Counted from the first letter of the stretch, positions 7,817-15,237 are shown. The stretch: 59,849 bases of DNA from a virus (IMGVR_UViG_3300027672_000013:1-59849); one strand, 5' to 3'. Numbers and translations are program-made. The notes: generated by a model not told the origin, from the letters alone.

Positions 7817-9450
7817 GACTGCTCATATGTTCGTGCCATGGTAATGATGGCGTTAGTACTTAGGATACTGACAGCTACAGACACCGCGTTCTGAAGAGCT
7901 ACCCGCGTAACTTTAAGTGGGTCGATAACTCCCATCTCAATGAGGTCACCATACTTAGCGTTCTTTACGTCAAAGCCGTGGCCCTCTTTAGTTACTAAAT
8001 TCATAGCCGTCTCATATACGTCAGCAAATGAACTACCCGCATTAATAATTATCTGACATACAGGAGAACACAACGCATCAGATAGAATAGTTGCAGCTAC
8101 AAGGTCCTCAGCTTTTTTATACTCCTCGTTCAAAAGCTTCATCTCAATTTTTTGATGCTCGTTATAAAGAGCGACACCTCCGCCCGGAAGGATACCCTCC
8201 TCCAAAGCAGAGCGTACCGCACATACCGCATCGTCAACACGGTCGAACAACTCCTTCTGCTCTAGGTCAGTATTGCCGCCTACACGAATAACACCGATAC
8301 CTCCCGTTAAAGAAGCAATGCGAGAAAGGATAAAGTCTTTGTCCTCTTTACGAGTAGCTAACTTAGCCGCTTCTTTAAGCTCGCTTACTCGCTTCTTTAC
8401 ACTGTCTACGTTAGAGTCATCCTCCTTTAAAATGATGGTTTGGTCTTGACCTACGATTACCTTCTTAGCAACACCTAAGTCGCTAGGTTTAATAAGACTT
8501 AAGTCATCGCCCGTAGCCTCAGAAAAATAAGTAGCCCCTAAACTTAACGCGATATCTTGCATCAACTCGTGCTGCTTGTATCCGAAGTTAGGAGGTTGGA
8601 TAGTACAAATCTTAACCTTCTGTTTCATAACGTTAGCTGCTAACGTGTTAGTGAGCTGCTGCGAACAAGGTGCTATAATTAAAAGCTTACGGTTCTTACT
8701 CGGCTCAACTACATGAGTTAATACCTTCTCGATAGAATGGATGTTGTCTATCTCAGCATCAGATACCAACACAAGGCAGTCGTCATAAACACACTCGTCC
8801 TTCTTGTGGTTGTTGATGAATAGAGGTGTAGCATAACCTCGGTCTACCTTGATGCCCGTCGTAGTCTCAAACGTAGTCTCGCTACCCTGACTCTTCTCTA
8901 CAGTAACCATACCCGTCTTGCCAACCTTGTTGTAAACGTCAGCAATTATCTTGCCCACAGCCTCGTCATTGTTAGAAGAGATAGTCGCAACGTCAAGCAT
9001 CATCTTCTTGGTTAAAGGACGTGAACGATTCTTGAGCGAATCAACCACCTCATTCGTCATAGATGTTAAGCTCCGAAGAACCATCGTGCGATTTAAAGAA
9101 AGGTTCTCAGAAAATAAAGAAGAGCCTGTAGTTACCAAAGCCTCAGTAAGAACAATAGCAGTAGTCGTGCCGTCACCCGCACTCGTAGCCGTGCGCTCAG
9201 CTGCCTCCTTCATCATGCGGACCGCTAAGTTCTCTACAGGGTCAACTAAGTCAACTGACTTGGCAACCGTAACGCCGTCCTTAGTAACAGTGATGCCGTG
9301 AGTGTGATGAGGAGATTCAATAAGAACAGTATTGCCGCTTGGCCCTAACGTACTCTTAACAGCTTGAGAGAGTTTAGTGATTCCCTCGATAAGACGAGAG
9401 CGACCATCGTCGCCAAATTTTAAGTCCTTAGGACTATAGCCTGCATTCAT
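7813..9450 (-). CDS. groEL: Chaperonin GroEL
   Basis: AVKSTLGP, VTKDGVTVAK, AGDGTTTA, GILPGGGVAL and GVIDPLKV motifs; 545 aa; no GGM tail. Confidence 0.97.
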   Translation of the reverse strand: MNAGYSPKDLKFGDDGRSRLIEGITKLSQAVKSTLGPSGNTVLIESPHHTHGITVTKDGVTVAKSVDLVDPVENLAVRMMKEAAERTATSAGDGTTTAIVLTEALVTTGSSLFSENLSLNRTMVLRSLTSMTNEVVDSLKNRSRPLTKKMMLDVATISSNNDEAVGKIIADVYNKVGKTGMVTVEKSQGSETTFETTTGIKVDRGYATPLFINNHKKDECVYDDCLVLVSDAEIDNIHSIEKVLTHVVEPSKNRKLLIIAPCSQQLTNTLAANVMKQKVKICTIQPPNFGYKQHELMQDIALSLGATYFSEATGDDLSLIKPSDLGVAKKVIVGQDQTIILKEDDSNVDSVKKRVSELKEAAKLATRKEDKDFILSRIASLTGGIGVIRVGGNTDLEQKELFDRVDDAVCAVRSALEEGILPGGGVALYNEHQKIEMKLLNEEYKKAEDLVAATILSDALCSPVCQIIINAGSSFADVYETAMNLVTKEGHGFDVKNAKYGDLIEMGVIDPLKVTRVALQNAVSVAVSILSTNAIITMARTYEQS

Positions 9451-9466
9451 TAGATTGGATTTGATT

Positions 9467-9474
9467 CAAAGATA
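9467..9474 (-). promoter_or_regulatory. -7 promoter element for groEL-groES
   Basis: TATCTTTG 16 nt upstream of ATG 9450. Confidence 0.6.
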
Positions 9475-9479
9475 TAAAG

Positions 9480-9640
9480 GAATGTTATAGTTAACCGTTC
9501 CCTATAGAGAGAGAGAGAAACAATACTTTAATATTTTTCTTCCCTATGTAACTTAAATTAATTAACATTATTGACACTTTAGCTGACTATCAATAAGTTA
9601 CGTAACACTGTTGTAACACCGCTGTGTTAAAAAACAACAC
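9480..9640. other. AT-rich origin-like element, copy 1
   Basis: Shares GAATGTTA, a dinucleotide run, CTTCCCTAT, TAACATTATTRACA and AGTTACGT with 20128-20265. Confidence 0.45.
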
Positions 9641-9641
9641 T

Positions 9642-9672
9642 AAAAGAAAAGAGAGAGGCATCACCCTCTCTC
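9642..9672 (-). terminator. Intrinsic terminator
   Basis: GAGAGAGG/CCTCTCTC hairpin followed by TTTTCTTTT on the - strand, downstream of the gene ending at 9698. Confidence 0.7.
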
Positions 9673-9697
9673 CCCTCATTAATCACATTTAAATCTC

Positions 9698-9880
9698 TCA
9701 AATTAAACGCAACATATCCTTACGCATTTCAGCACGACCAATGCCGTCTGCAATCATATTAACTTTATTCTCGTACTTGATTCTGTTGCGGTACATAGCC
9801 GCTTCTTGAATCCCTGTCATTTGAATAGGGCGGTCATTAACTAACCTGCCATTCTTCATGGTGAGTCCTTCTGTCTTCAT
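9698..9880 (-). CDS. Hypothetical protein (60 aa)
   Basis: Start moved to ATG 9880 (MKTEGLTMKNGRL); TATCTTAG lies 4 nt upstream. Confidence 0.65.
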   Translation of the reverse strand: MKTEGLTMKNGRLVNDRPIQMTGIQEAAMYRNRIKYENKVNMIADGIGRAEMRKDMLRLI

Positions 9881-10093
9881 ACAGCTAAGATATAAAAAAA
9901 GGTGAGACACTAACACTGTTTAGGCTCCCTACCCTTTCACGTCACGTCCACCCAATCCCTAATCAATTTTTTTTGACAGGGGGGTTGATGTTTTTCAAAC
10001 TGCCGTCCCAATTGTTTGGCGTTTTTCCCACGCACCCTATTCGCCTACAGCCCCCGTCCCTGTAGGGCTGTAGAGCTTCACGCCTATTCGCTT

Positions 10094-10111
10094 CGGGGGT
10101 TTGAACCCCCG
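10094..10111. repeat. Dispersed palindrome copy
   Basis: CGGGGGTTTGAACCCCCG in the non-coding strand-switch region. Confidence 0.85.
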
Positions 10112-10300
10112 TCCGAAAGAGTGAGTGCGCCCCCTGCGCCCCCTGCATACGCATACAAAGCAAGAGTGCTTACACATCTCTTTGCCCCTGCGCCCAAATT
10201 TACCTGCCTTACATAGTTTGGTGAACCCCTTGCTGCCATTGGGCTGTAGAGCTACGGATGAAGTAAGCGTGACTGACTGAAAAATTATCTCTCATCTGAT

Positions 10301-10333
10301 GTGTTGAATTAGACAATAAATGCACTACATTTG
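10301..10333 (+). promoter_or_regulatory. Early promoter 1 with AATTAGACAAT box
   Basis: TTG, AATTAGACAAT (10307-10317), 8 nt, TACATTTG (10326-10333). Confidence 0.75.
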
Positions 10334-10380
10334 TGAAAGCGCTGAACGAACAAATGACCTCAGCAATTAATCTCTCTATC

Positions 10381-10530
10381 ATGAAAAAGACCTTCAACGA
10401 GTACGTAGCGGAACTGATGCAGAATCTCGATACGCTGAACAGCATGAACCTCACAGCAGAAGCGCGTGACCATGGAAAGAAGACCTTGGTGGATGCTTAC
10501 ATAATTATGATGGCCGAATCGCAATCATAA
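10381..10530 (+). CDS. Early hypothetical protein (49 aa)
   Basis: ATG 10381 preceded by AATCTCTCTATC. Confidence 0.7.
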   Translation: MKKTFNEYVAELMQNLDTLNSMNLTAEARDHGKKTLVDAYIIMMAESQS

Positions 10531-10555
10531 ACCTAACAAATCTAATCTCTCTCTC

Positions 10556-10876
10556 ATGACTAACTTCTATCAAACAACCCAACTCGCAGTCAGCCTTCAG
10601 GAAGCTTTCAACTGCTTACCTGCTGACGCAATGGACGAAGTAACAATGACCGAAGGTCTTATCGTTGTTCGCTTTTACAAGAGCATCGTCACTCCTTTCG
10701 TCATCAGCACTCTGTTGGACAAATCCACAATCAAGGATGAGTACAAGGTGACTAAATCTCAGATATTACGTGACCCTGATACGGGCTTGTCGTTTGTGAC
10801 TCTCACTGCTGATGAAGTGAAGGTGAACGTGATGTGGCACGCACATTCAAACCCATGGTTGATGTTGGAGGACTAA
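10556..10876 (+). CDS. Early hypothetical protein
   Basis: 106 aa; AATCTCTCTCTC-ATG leader. Confidence 0.8.
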   Translation: MTNFYQTTQLAVSLQEAFNCLPADAMDEVTMTEGLIVVRFYKSIVTPFVISTLLDKSTIKDEYKVTKSQILRDPDTGLSFVTLTADEVKVNVMWHAHSNPWLMLED

Positions 10877-10931
10877 TTCAGTTACACTGATGATGACCTG
10901 AATGGTCGAAACGCTGTGAAGCGTATGTAAC
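10876..10931 (+). ncRNA. Hammerhead ribozyme, type I (HHR1)
   Basis: Stem I GUUACA/UGUAAC; core CUGAUGA plus an extra U; stem II GACC-UGAAU-GGUC; GAAA; stem III ACGCU-GUGA-AGCGU; cleavage after GUA (10925); upstream AUUCA is complementary to loop II. Confidence 0.88.
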
Positions 10932-10966
10932 AAACCCGATGCACAATGCATCACAATCTCTCTCTC

Positions 10967-11611
10967 ATGAATAACTTAAACGAACTCGAAGTAGCCTACT
11001 TCACAGACTTCAACGCAAACGGCACGAAGGTGCAAGCGTATCTCAACACAAAGGAATCAGTCAAGCTGATGAAGAAGAAAGGCTTTGACTCTTCAGTAAA
11101 GATGTGGCATCAGGTGAATGCTCTATGGTCGCATTTCACATCGGACGAACAGAAAGCACAGCGCGTTGAATCAGGCATCGTCATGACATCCACCGACTTT
11201 ACAGCGAAGGTGCTTGGATATGCTGACAAAAGCGAGAAGAACCGAATGTGCCGAATCGCTGAGCGAATCAATGAGCACGCAGGCTTGCTGACTGCATACA
11301 AGCGTGAACGCACCCGACAGGAGAACGCAGGTGAAAGTGTTAAGCGTTCTGCGCAGGATTTCGACAAATGGTCGAAGGTCGTATGTGAGCAAATCGACAA
11401 AGGTGCTGACGTAGATGGTGCTGCCGAAGCGACGGGTGAAGCGGAATCACAGACTGCGAAGAAAGCGTTCCAAGTTCAGACCTTCGGTGTATCAAAGATG
11501 CGAGCTACCATCGATGAAAATGGAGTAGGCAATTTGAATGGTGCGAGCAAAGCTGATGTGCTTGCTACGTTGGATGCGGCACGAGCAATCTTCGAAGCGA
11601 TGGCTGACTAA
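10967..11611 (+). CDS. Early hypothetical protein between HHR1 and HHR2 (214 aa)
   Basis: Start moved to ATG 10967 after AATCTCTCTCTC; no family recognised. Confidence 0.85.
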   Translation: MNNLNELEVAYFTDFNANGTKVQAYLNTKESVKLMKKKGFDSSVKMWHQVNALWSHFTSDEQKAQRVESGIVMTSTDFTAKVLGYADKSEKNRMCRIAERINEHAGLLTAYKRERTRQENAGESVKRSAQDFDKWSKVVCEQIDKGADVDGAAEATGEAESQTAKKAFQVQTFGVSKMRATIDENGVGNLNGASKADVLATLDAARAIFEAMAD

Positions 11612-11618
11612 TCCAAAC

Positions 11619-11634
11619 GGGGGTTTGAACCCCC
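11619..11634. repeat. Dispersed palindrome copy
   Basis: GGGGGTTTGAACCCCC between the stop at 11611 and HHR2. Confidence 0.85.
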
Positions 11635-11636
11635 AC

Positions 11637-11690
11637 TTCAGTTACACCGATGAGTCCTGAATGGACGAAACGCTGCGAAGCGTCTGTAAC
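11637..11690 (+). ncRNA. Hammerhead ribozyme, type I (HHR2, U4C core variant)
   Basis: Stem I GUUACA/UGUAAC; core CCGAUGA; stem II GUCC-UGAAU-GGAC (compensatory change relative to HHR1); GAAA; stem III ACGCU-GCGA-AGCGU; cleavage after GUC (11684). Confidence 0.88.
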
Positions 11691-11703
11691 AAATCTCTCT
11701 CTC

Positions 11704-11775
11704 ATGACTACTGAAAATCTATACCGAATCTCAACCGCCATCCTTTGGATTGCATTCATACTTTCTCAGCTATGA
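11704..11775 (+). CDS. 23-aa hydrophobic peptide
   Basis: MTTENLYRISTAILWIAFILSQL; has the AATCTCTCTCTC leader and an ATGA overlap with the next gene. Confidence 0.7.
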   Translation: MTTENLYRISTAILWIAFILSQL

Positions 11776-12740
11776 TTAACTACCAACCTGATACCAACAG
11801 CGAACGCGCAGAAATGATGGGCTACCATCGTTCACCTTCGCCGCGCGACCTTCGCAAAGGTGCATCCATCTCAGATATCGCAGGCTTGCGTCCTGCGGAC
11901 AGGAACGCACTTAAGCAAACAGGACTGCTCAACATCGATGCGAAGTACGGCATCGGGTTTGAGATTGAAAAGACATCCTTTGCTCGCAATGCAGTTCAGA
12001 ACTTTCCTTTGTTCTCAGGATATGAGCGCGATGGTTCCTGCGGATATGAAGCCATCACCAACATCCTGCCTTTGCTACCTGCATCGGAATGGCGCAACAA
12101 AGTGTACTCGATGTTCCATCAGGCTGAGCGCATCTTGGATGACCAATGGTCACCATCTGATACACGATGCGGAGGTCACATCACCCTATCCTGCGAAGGC
12201 ATGACAGGACATGAGCTGATGGACAACATGAGACCTTACATGGGCATCGTTTTGAGTCTATATCGCAAACGTCTTCGGAACTCGTATTGCATGCACAATG
12301 TCAACCTCGCATCAACCTCCGAAAGAGCATTCCGAAGGATGCACAACAAGTACAATGTAGCTAAGGTCATGAACCATGCCATTGAGCTACGTGTTCCATC
12401 TCGCGTGACCTGTGTTGCCGACATGAAGCGCAGGTACGAACTGATGTATGTGTTGGTTGACTGCGCACGTCAATCGTTCGAAGGCAATGCACCGACATGG
12501 GCGAAGGCAATGTCACGCATCAAGCCAATCGTCTCACTCATGTACAAGGACGATGAGAAAGAGCAGAAGATTTGGTCAATCGCCAAAGGGATGCAGAAGT
12601 TCATCAAAATCGGTAAGATGGACTTTGAGCTGATGCCGTATCTCGACCCATACTCAGATGAGTCACCCGAATTCCGAACACGCAAGTGCCAACGAATGCT
12701 CGACGAAGGTGCGCGAGCATACAACCTGACGAGATTCTGA
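11772..12740 (+). CDS. Putative amidoligase (COOH-NH2 ligase fold, Amidoligase_2-like)
   Basis: GIGFEIE, RDGS, YEAIT, CGGHIT, KY and IELR motifs in the order typical of the family; start moved to ATG 11772. Confidence 0.75.
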   Translation: MINYQPDTNSERAEMMGYHRSPSPRDLRKGASISDIAGLRPADRNALKQTGLLNIDAKYGIGFEIEKTSFARNAVQNFPLFSGYERDGSCGYEAITNILPLLPASEWRNKVYSMFHQAERILDDQWSPSDTRCGGHITLSCEGMTGHELMDNMRPYMGIVLSLYRKRLRNSYCMHNVNLASTSERAFRRMHNKYNVAKVMNHAIELRVPSRVTCVADMKRRYELMYVLVDCARQSFEGNAPTWAKAMSRIKPIVSLMYKDDEKEQKIWSIAKGMQKFIKIGKMDFELMPYLDPYSDESPEFRTRKCQRMLDEGARAYNLTRF

Positions 12741-12741
12741 T

Positions 12742-12767
12742 GGGGTGGGGGTTTGAACCCCCACTCC
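12742..12767. repeat. Dispersed palindrome copy
   Basis: GGGGTGGGGGTTTGAACCCCCACTCC between the stop at 12740 and HHR3. Confidence 0.85.
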
Positions 12768-12821
12768 GCTGTCGGGCGATGTGTATCGCTCCTGATGATG
12801 ACTCAAAAGAGTCGAAACAGC
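12768..12821 (+). ncRNA. Hammerhead ribozyme, type III (HHR3)
   Basis: Stem III GCUGU/ACAGC; cleavage after GUC (12773); stem I GGGCGAU-GUGU-AUCGCUC; CUGAUGA plus an extra U; stem II GACUC-AAAA-GAGUC; GAAA. Confidence 0.9.
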
Positions 12822-12860
12822 AAACCAATAAACGGGTGATGACCTACCATCAAAAGCCTT

Positions 12861-13103
12861 ATGAACTATCTACAATCGTTGCACTATGCTCTCGAAGCTG
12901 TCCAATCCAAAGTGCGTCCTAATGACGCATTGAACTCCGAAGCATCCCGATTTAGGAACGAAATCGAAGGTGCTCTTGCCTTCGCTGTTATCGCTGAGAT
13001 TAAGAGGTCGCAACCTTTCGCTCCGAATCGGACGTTAACTGCGGATGAGGTAGACACGATGGTTTCAGATGCCTATGCGAATCTCCCAAGCTTCAACTGC
13101 TAG
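12861..13103 (+). CDS. Early hypothetical protein
   Basis: 80-aa ORF following HHR3. Confidence 0.75.
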   Translation: MNYLQSLHYALEAVQSKVRPNDALNSEASRFRNEIEGALAFAVIAEIKRSQPFAPNRTLTADEVDTMVSDAYANLPSFNC

Positions 13104-13140
13104 GTGTTAACAACTTGTTAACAACTTTTAACATTCAATG

Positions 13141-13172
13141 TTTGGAATTAGACAATGTCTTCACTATATTTG
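13141..13172 (+). promoter_or_regulatory. Early promoter 2 with AATTAGACAAT box
   Basis: TTTG (13141), AATTAGACAAT (13146-13156), 8 nt, TATATTTG (13165-13172); a close match to the Bacteroidota -33/-7 consensus. Confidence 0.8.
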
Positions 13173-13225
13173 TACCATCATTAACACGGAGCGCACCTAA
13201 GCTCTTCACAATCTCTCTCTCAATC

Positions 13226-13417
13226 ATGCGAACATCACGCAACACACGTATCGACGACGGCTACCAAGGCAAGGTAGAATTTTGGGCAACTCAATTGGAG
13301 TCTGCTACTAAGGGCGAAGGCAGGTATGACCTATCCCGATGCCAATCCTCACTCGTTTACTTCACAGAGAAGGCGGCGCAATGGAAAAAGGCAAACGCGC
13401 ATTTACTCTCTTACTAA
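13226..13417 (+). CDS. Early hypothetical protein (63 aa)
   Basis: Start moved to ATG 13226 after AATCTCTCTCTCAATC. Confidence 0.75.
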   Translation: MRTSRNTRIDDGYQGKVEFWATQLESATKGEGRYDLSRCQSSLVYFTEKAAQWKKANAHLLSY

Positions 13418-13424
13418 CCTCATC

Positions 13425-13448
13425 AGGTGGGGGTTCAAACCCCCACCT
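13425..13448. repeat. Dispersed palindrome copy
   Basis: AGGTGGGGGTTCAAACCCCCACCT, identical to 15245-15268. Confidence 0.85.
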
Positions 13449-13463
13449 TTATCTCTCTCTCTC

Positions 13464-13706
13464 ATGACTACTCACTATCTATTTGTCGCTCCGAATGTAT
13501 GGGGCAAAGGAACTTCCGAGCAGGAAGCACACAAGAACGCGCACTACGCAAGCAAGAGTAACGGACACGCGCTACTTCGATTCAACCACGATGACTTCTA
13601 TGTTGATGAGTACGGACACCTTCAATGCGAAGGCGAAGGCGGAACCATCCTAAGCGCAAGCAAGGGACTAGGCAAAGGGCTTCGACAATCACTAATGAAT
13701 CTCTGA
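13464..13706 (+). CDS. Early hypothetical protein (80 aa)
   Basis: Start moved to ATG 13464 after ATCTCTCTCTCTC. Confidence 0.75.
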   Translation: MTTHYLFVAPNVWGKGTSEQEAHKNAHYASKSNGHALLRFNHDDFYVDEYGHLQCEGEGGTILSASKGLGKGLRQSLMNL

Positions 13707-13711
13707 TTACT

Positions 13712-13966
13712 ATGAAAAACTTTCGACCCTTCCGAGTGACCTTCACCTCACCAACCAACCACCGAGGTGCACGAGTACGCATCCAAGACCTTCGCCAAGG
13801 CACACGCATCTTCCTCTCGTATGACTATGCTATAGGAGACATCAAGGAACAAGCCGCGCAACACCTTGCATCTATCGGGATACCATCCACCGCATCAGCA
13901 CTCGCTGACATCGAGAAAGGATACATCATCCTATCTGACAACTTCAAAATTGAACTGACCAAATGA
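13712..13966 (+). CDS. Early hypothetical protein (84 aa)
   Basis: Start at ATG 13712; contains PTNHRGARVRI. Confidence 0.75.
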   Translation: MKNFRPFRVTFTSPTNHRGARVRIQDLRQGTRIFLSYDYAIGDIKEQAAQHLASIGIPSTASALADIEKGYIILSDNFKIELTK

Positions 13967-14058
13967 AATATTTCATCGACATCTGCACTACTCTCGGCGT
14001 AGTCATCTTCTACCTTGCCTTCGTCGCACTTGGCTGCTACCTACACGACTCACTATGA
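13963..14058 (+). CDS. 31-aa membrane peptide
   Basis: MKYFIDICTTLGVVIFYLAFVALGCYLHDSL; ATGA overlaps at both ends. Confidence 0.65.
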   Translation: MKYFIDICTTLGVVIFYLAFVALGCYLHDSL

Positions 14059-14126
14059 ATACCGAACAACTACAGGAGATGTACGGACTTGAATGGATTG
14101 ACTACACAGAATACACAGAGCAATGA
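14055..14126 (+). CDS. 23-aa acidic peptide
   Basis: MNTEQLQEMYGLEWIDYTEYTEQ; ATGA overlaps at both ends. Confidence 0.55.
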   Translation: MNTEQLQEMYGLEWIDYTEYTEQ

Positions 14127-14275
14127 ACTGCACTCTATCCTTCTACACAGGAGTTCGCTCATGGTGGGTGACCAAGGACTTCAAAGACCGAAGCCACGTT
14201 GATAATTTCATAGCCTATATCAAACGAACCAAAGGCTACAACTTAGATGAACTTTTTATAAACAAGGAATCATGA
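14123..14275 (+). CDS. Hypothetical protein (50 aa)
   Basis: MNCTLSFYTGVRSWWVTKDFKDRSHVDNFIAYIKRTKGYNLDELFINKES; ATGA overlap with 14272. Confidence 0.65.
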   Translation: MNCTLSFYTGVRSWWVTKDFKDRSHVDNFIAYIKRTKGYNLDELFINKES

Positions 14276-15237
14276 ACAGAATACAAGAAGATGTTGAGAC
14301 ACACGCTCTATTACACGCAGAGGTTAAGCGAGTACTCGCACATGAACGAGGCAACACATTAATCAGAGATGAGGATGTCTACTCTCTCCAATCAATGATG
14401 TCTTACAAAGAATCGTTAGGCGCATACCGAGAGCGAGTATACGTAGCTAACAACAAGGAGATGAAGGCTATGGACGAATGGGATGCCCGCAGGATGTATG
14501 AACGAGTAACTCGAAATGCTGTATGGGAGGTCGCAAATGAAATCAGGTTGAACCGCAAGAGCTTTAGACGAAAGGAATTTCTTTTACCGTCAGAAACAAA
14601 TGGTGAATACAGAATCCATCCACTTGCCTTCACTCACCCACTACTTAAAAGCGTACCACACCTTGACGATGTTGTAATTAAAAAGGAGGACGGTACTTGG
14701 ATTGCTGTATACAAAGAAAAGACAGGAGGATTCGGTTATGCGGATACAATAATGGATTGCATCCACGGGGCAGCCAAGGCTATCGAGACCCGCACAACTT
14801 ACTTTCTAAATAGAGCTACCGAAGAAGCTACCTTCTCACACGACGAGTTCGATTCGAGGATGATAACCCACATTGCCAACTCAACACTTCACCCTAAACA
14901 TTGCGAAGAGCTACTTCTAAACTTTGACAAGCCATCAGAAATTACATGGGTTTTGTTTAGCACATCCAATGGCAACCGATACAGCGATAGGTACAGAATC
15001 TGTAGCTTGGAGGATGTAGAGGGAGAGGAGATACAAAGACAATCGCCACACATCATAGAGATGGGCAGGTACAGGAAAATTGTTAAGGTCAAGAAGCTCA
15101 TGCTTAAAGACGAGGAAGTGACGAAGGCAATAAAGCATTGCGAGAAACAAATTGAGGACTACAAAACACAGCTTAAAGTGCTCAAGCAAGACAGAGGATA
15201 TGTGGTTGCGGATTTAGAGAGATTCGTTACAAGTTGA
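14272..15237 (+). CDS. Hypothetical protein with a C-terminal coiled coil
   Basis: 321-aa ORF in the coupled early chain. Confidence 0.8.
   Translation: MNRIQEDVETHALLHAEVKRVLAHERGNTLIRDEDVYSLQSMMSYKESLGAYRERVYVANNKEMKAMDEWDARRMYERVTRNAVWEVANEIRLNRKSFRRKEFLLPSETNGEYRIHPLAFTHPLLKSVPHLDDVVIKKEDGTWIAVYKEKTGGFGYADTIMDCIHGAAKAIETRTTYFLNRATEEATFSHDEFDSRMITHIANSTLHPKHCEELLLNFDKPSEITWVLFSTSNGNRYSDRYRICSLEDVEGEEIQRQSPHIIEMGRYRKIVKVKKLMLKDEEVTKAIKHCEKQIEDYKTQLKVLKQDRGYVVADLERFVTS

Noticed and set aside
9963-10454. Track ORFs 9963..10163, 10016..10216 and 10209..10454
   Set aside because: They overlap repeats, a palindrome and the early promoter, and show no protein-like features.
10809-11080. Further CTGATGA heptamers at 10809 and 11066 as hammerhead cores
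   Set aside because: They lie in coding sequence and have no stem II closing onto GAAA and no matching stems I/III.
13425-13448. GGTTCAAACCCC resembles a tRNA T-arm (also at 15245 and 18260)
   Set aside because: No D-arm, anticodon arm or acceptor stem nearby; it is the dispersed palindrome. No tRNA was found by eye.
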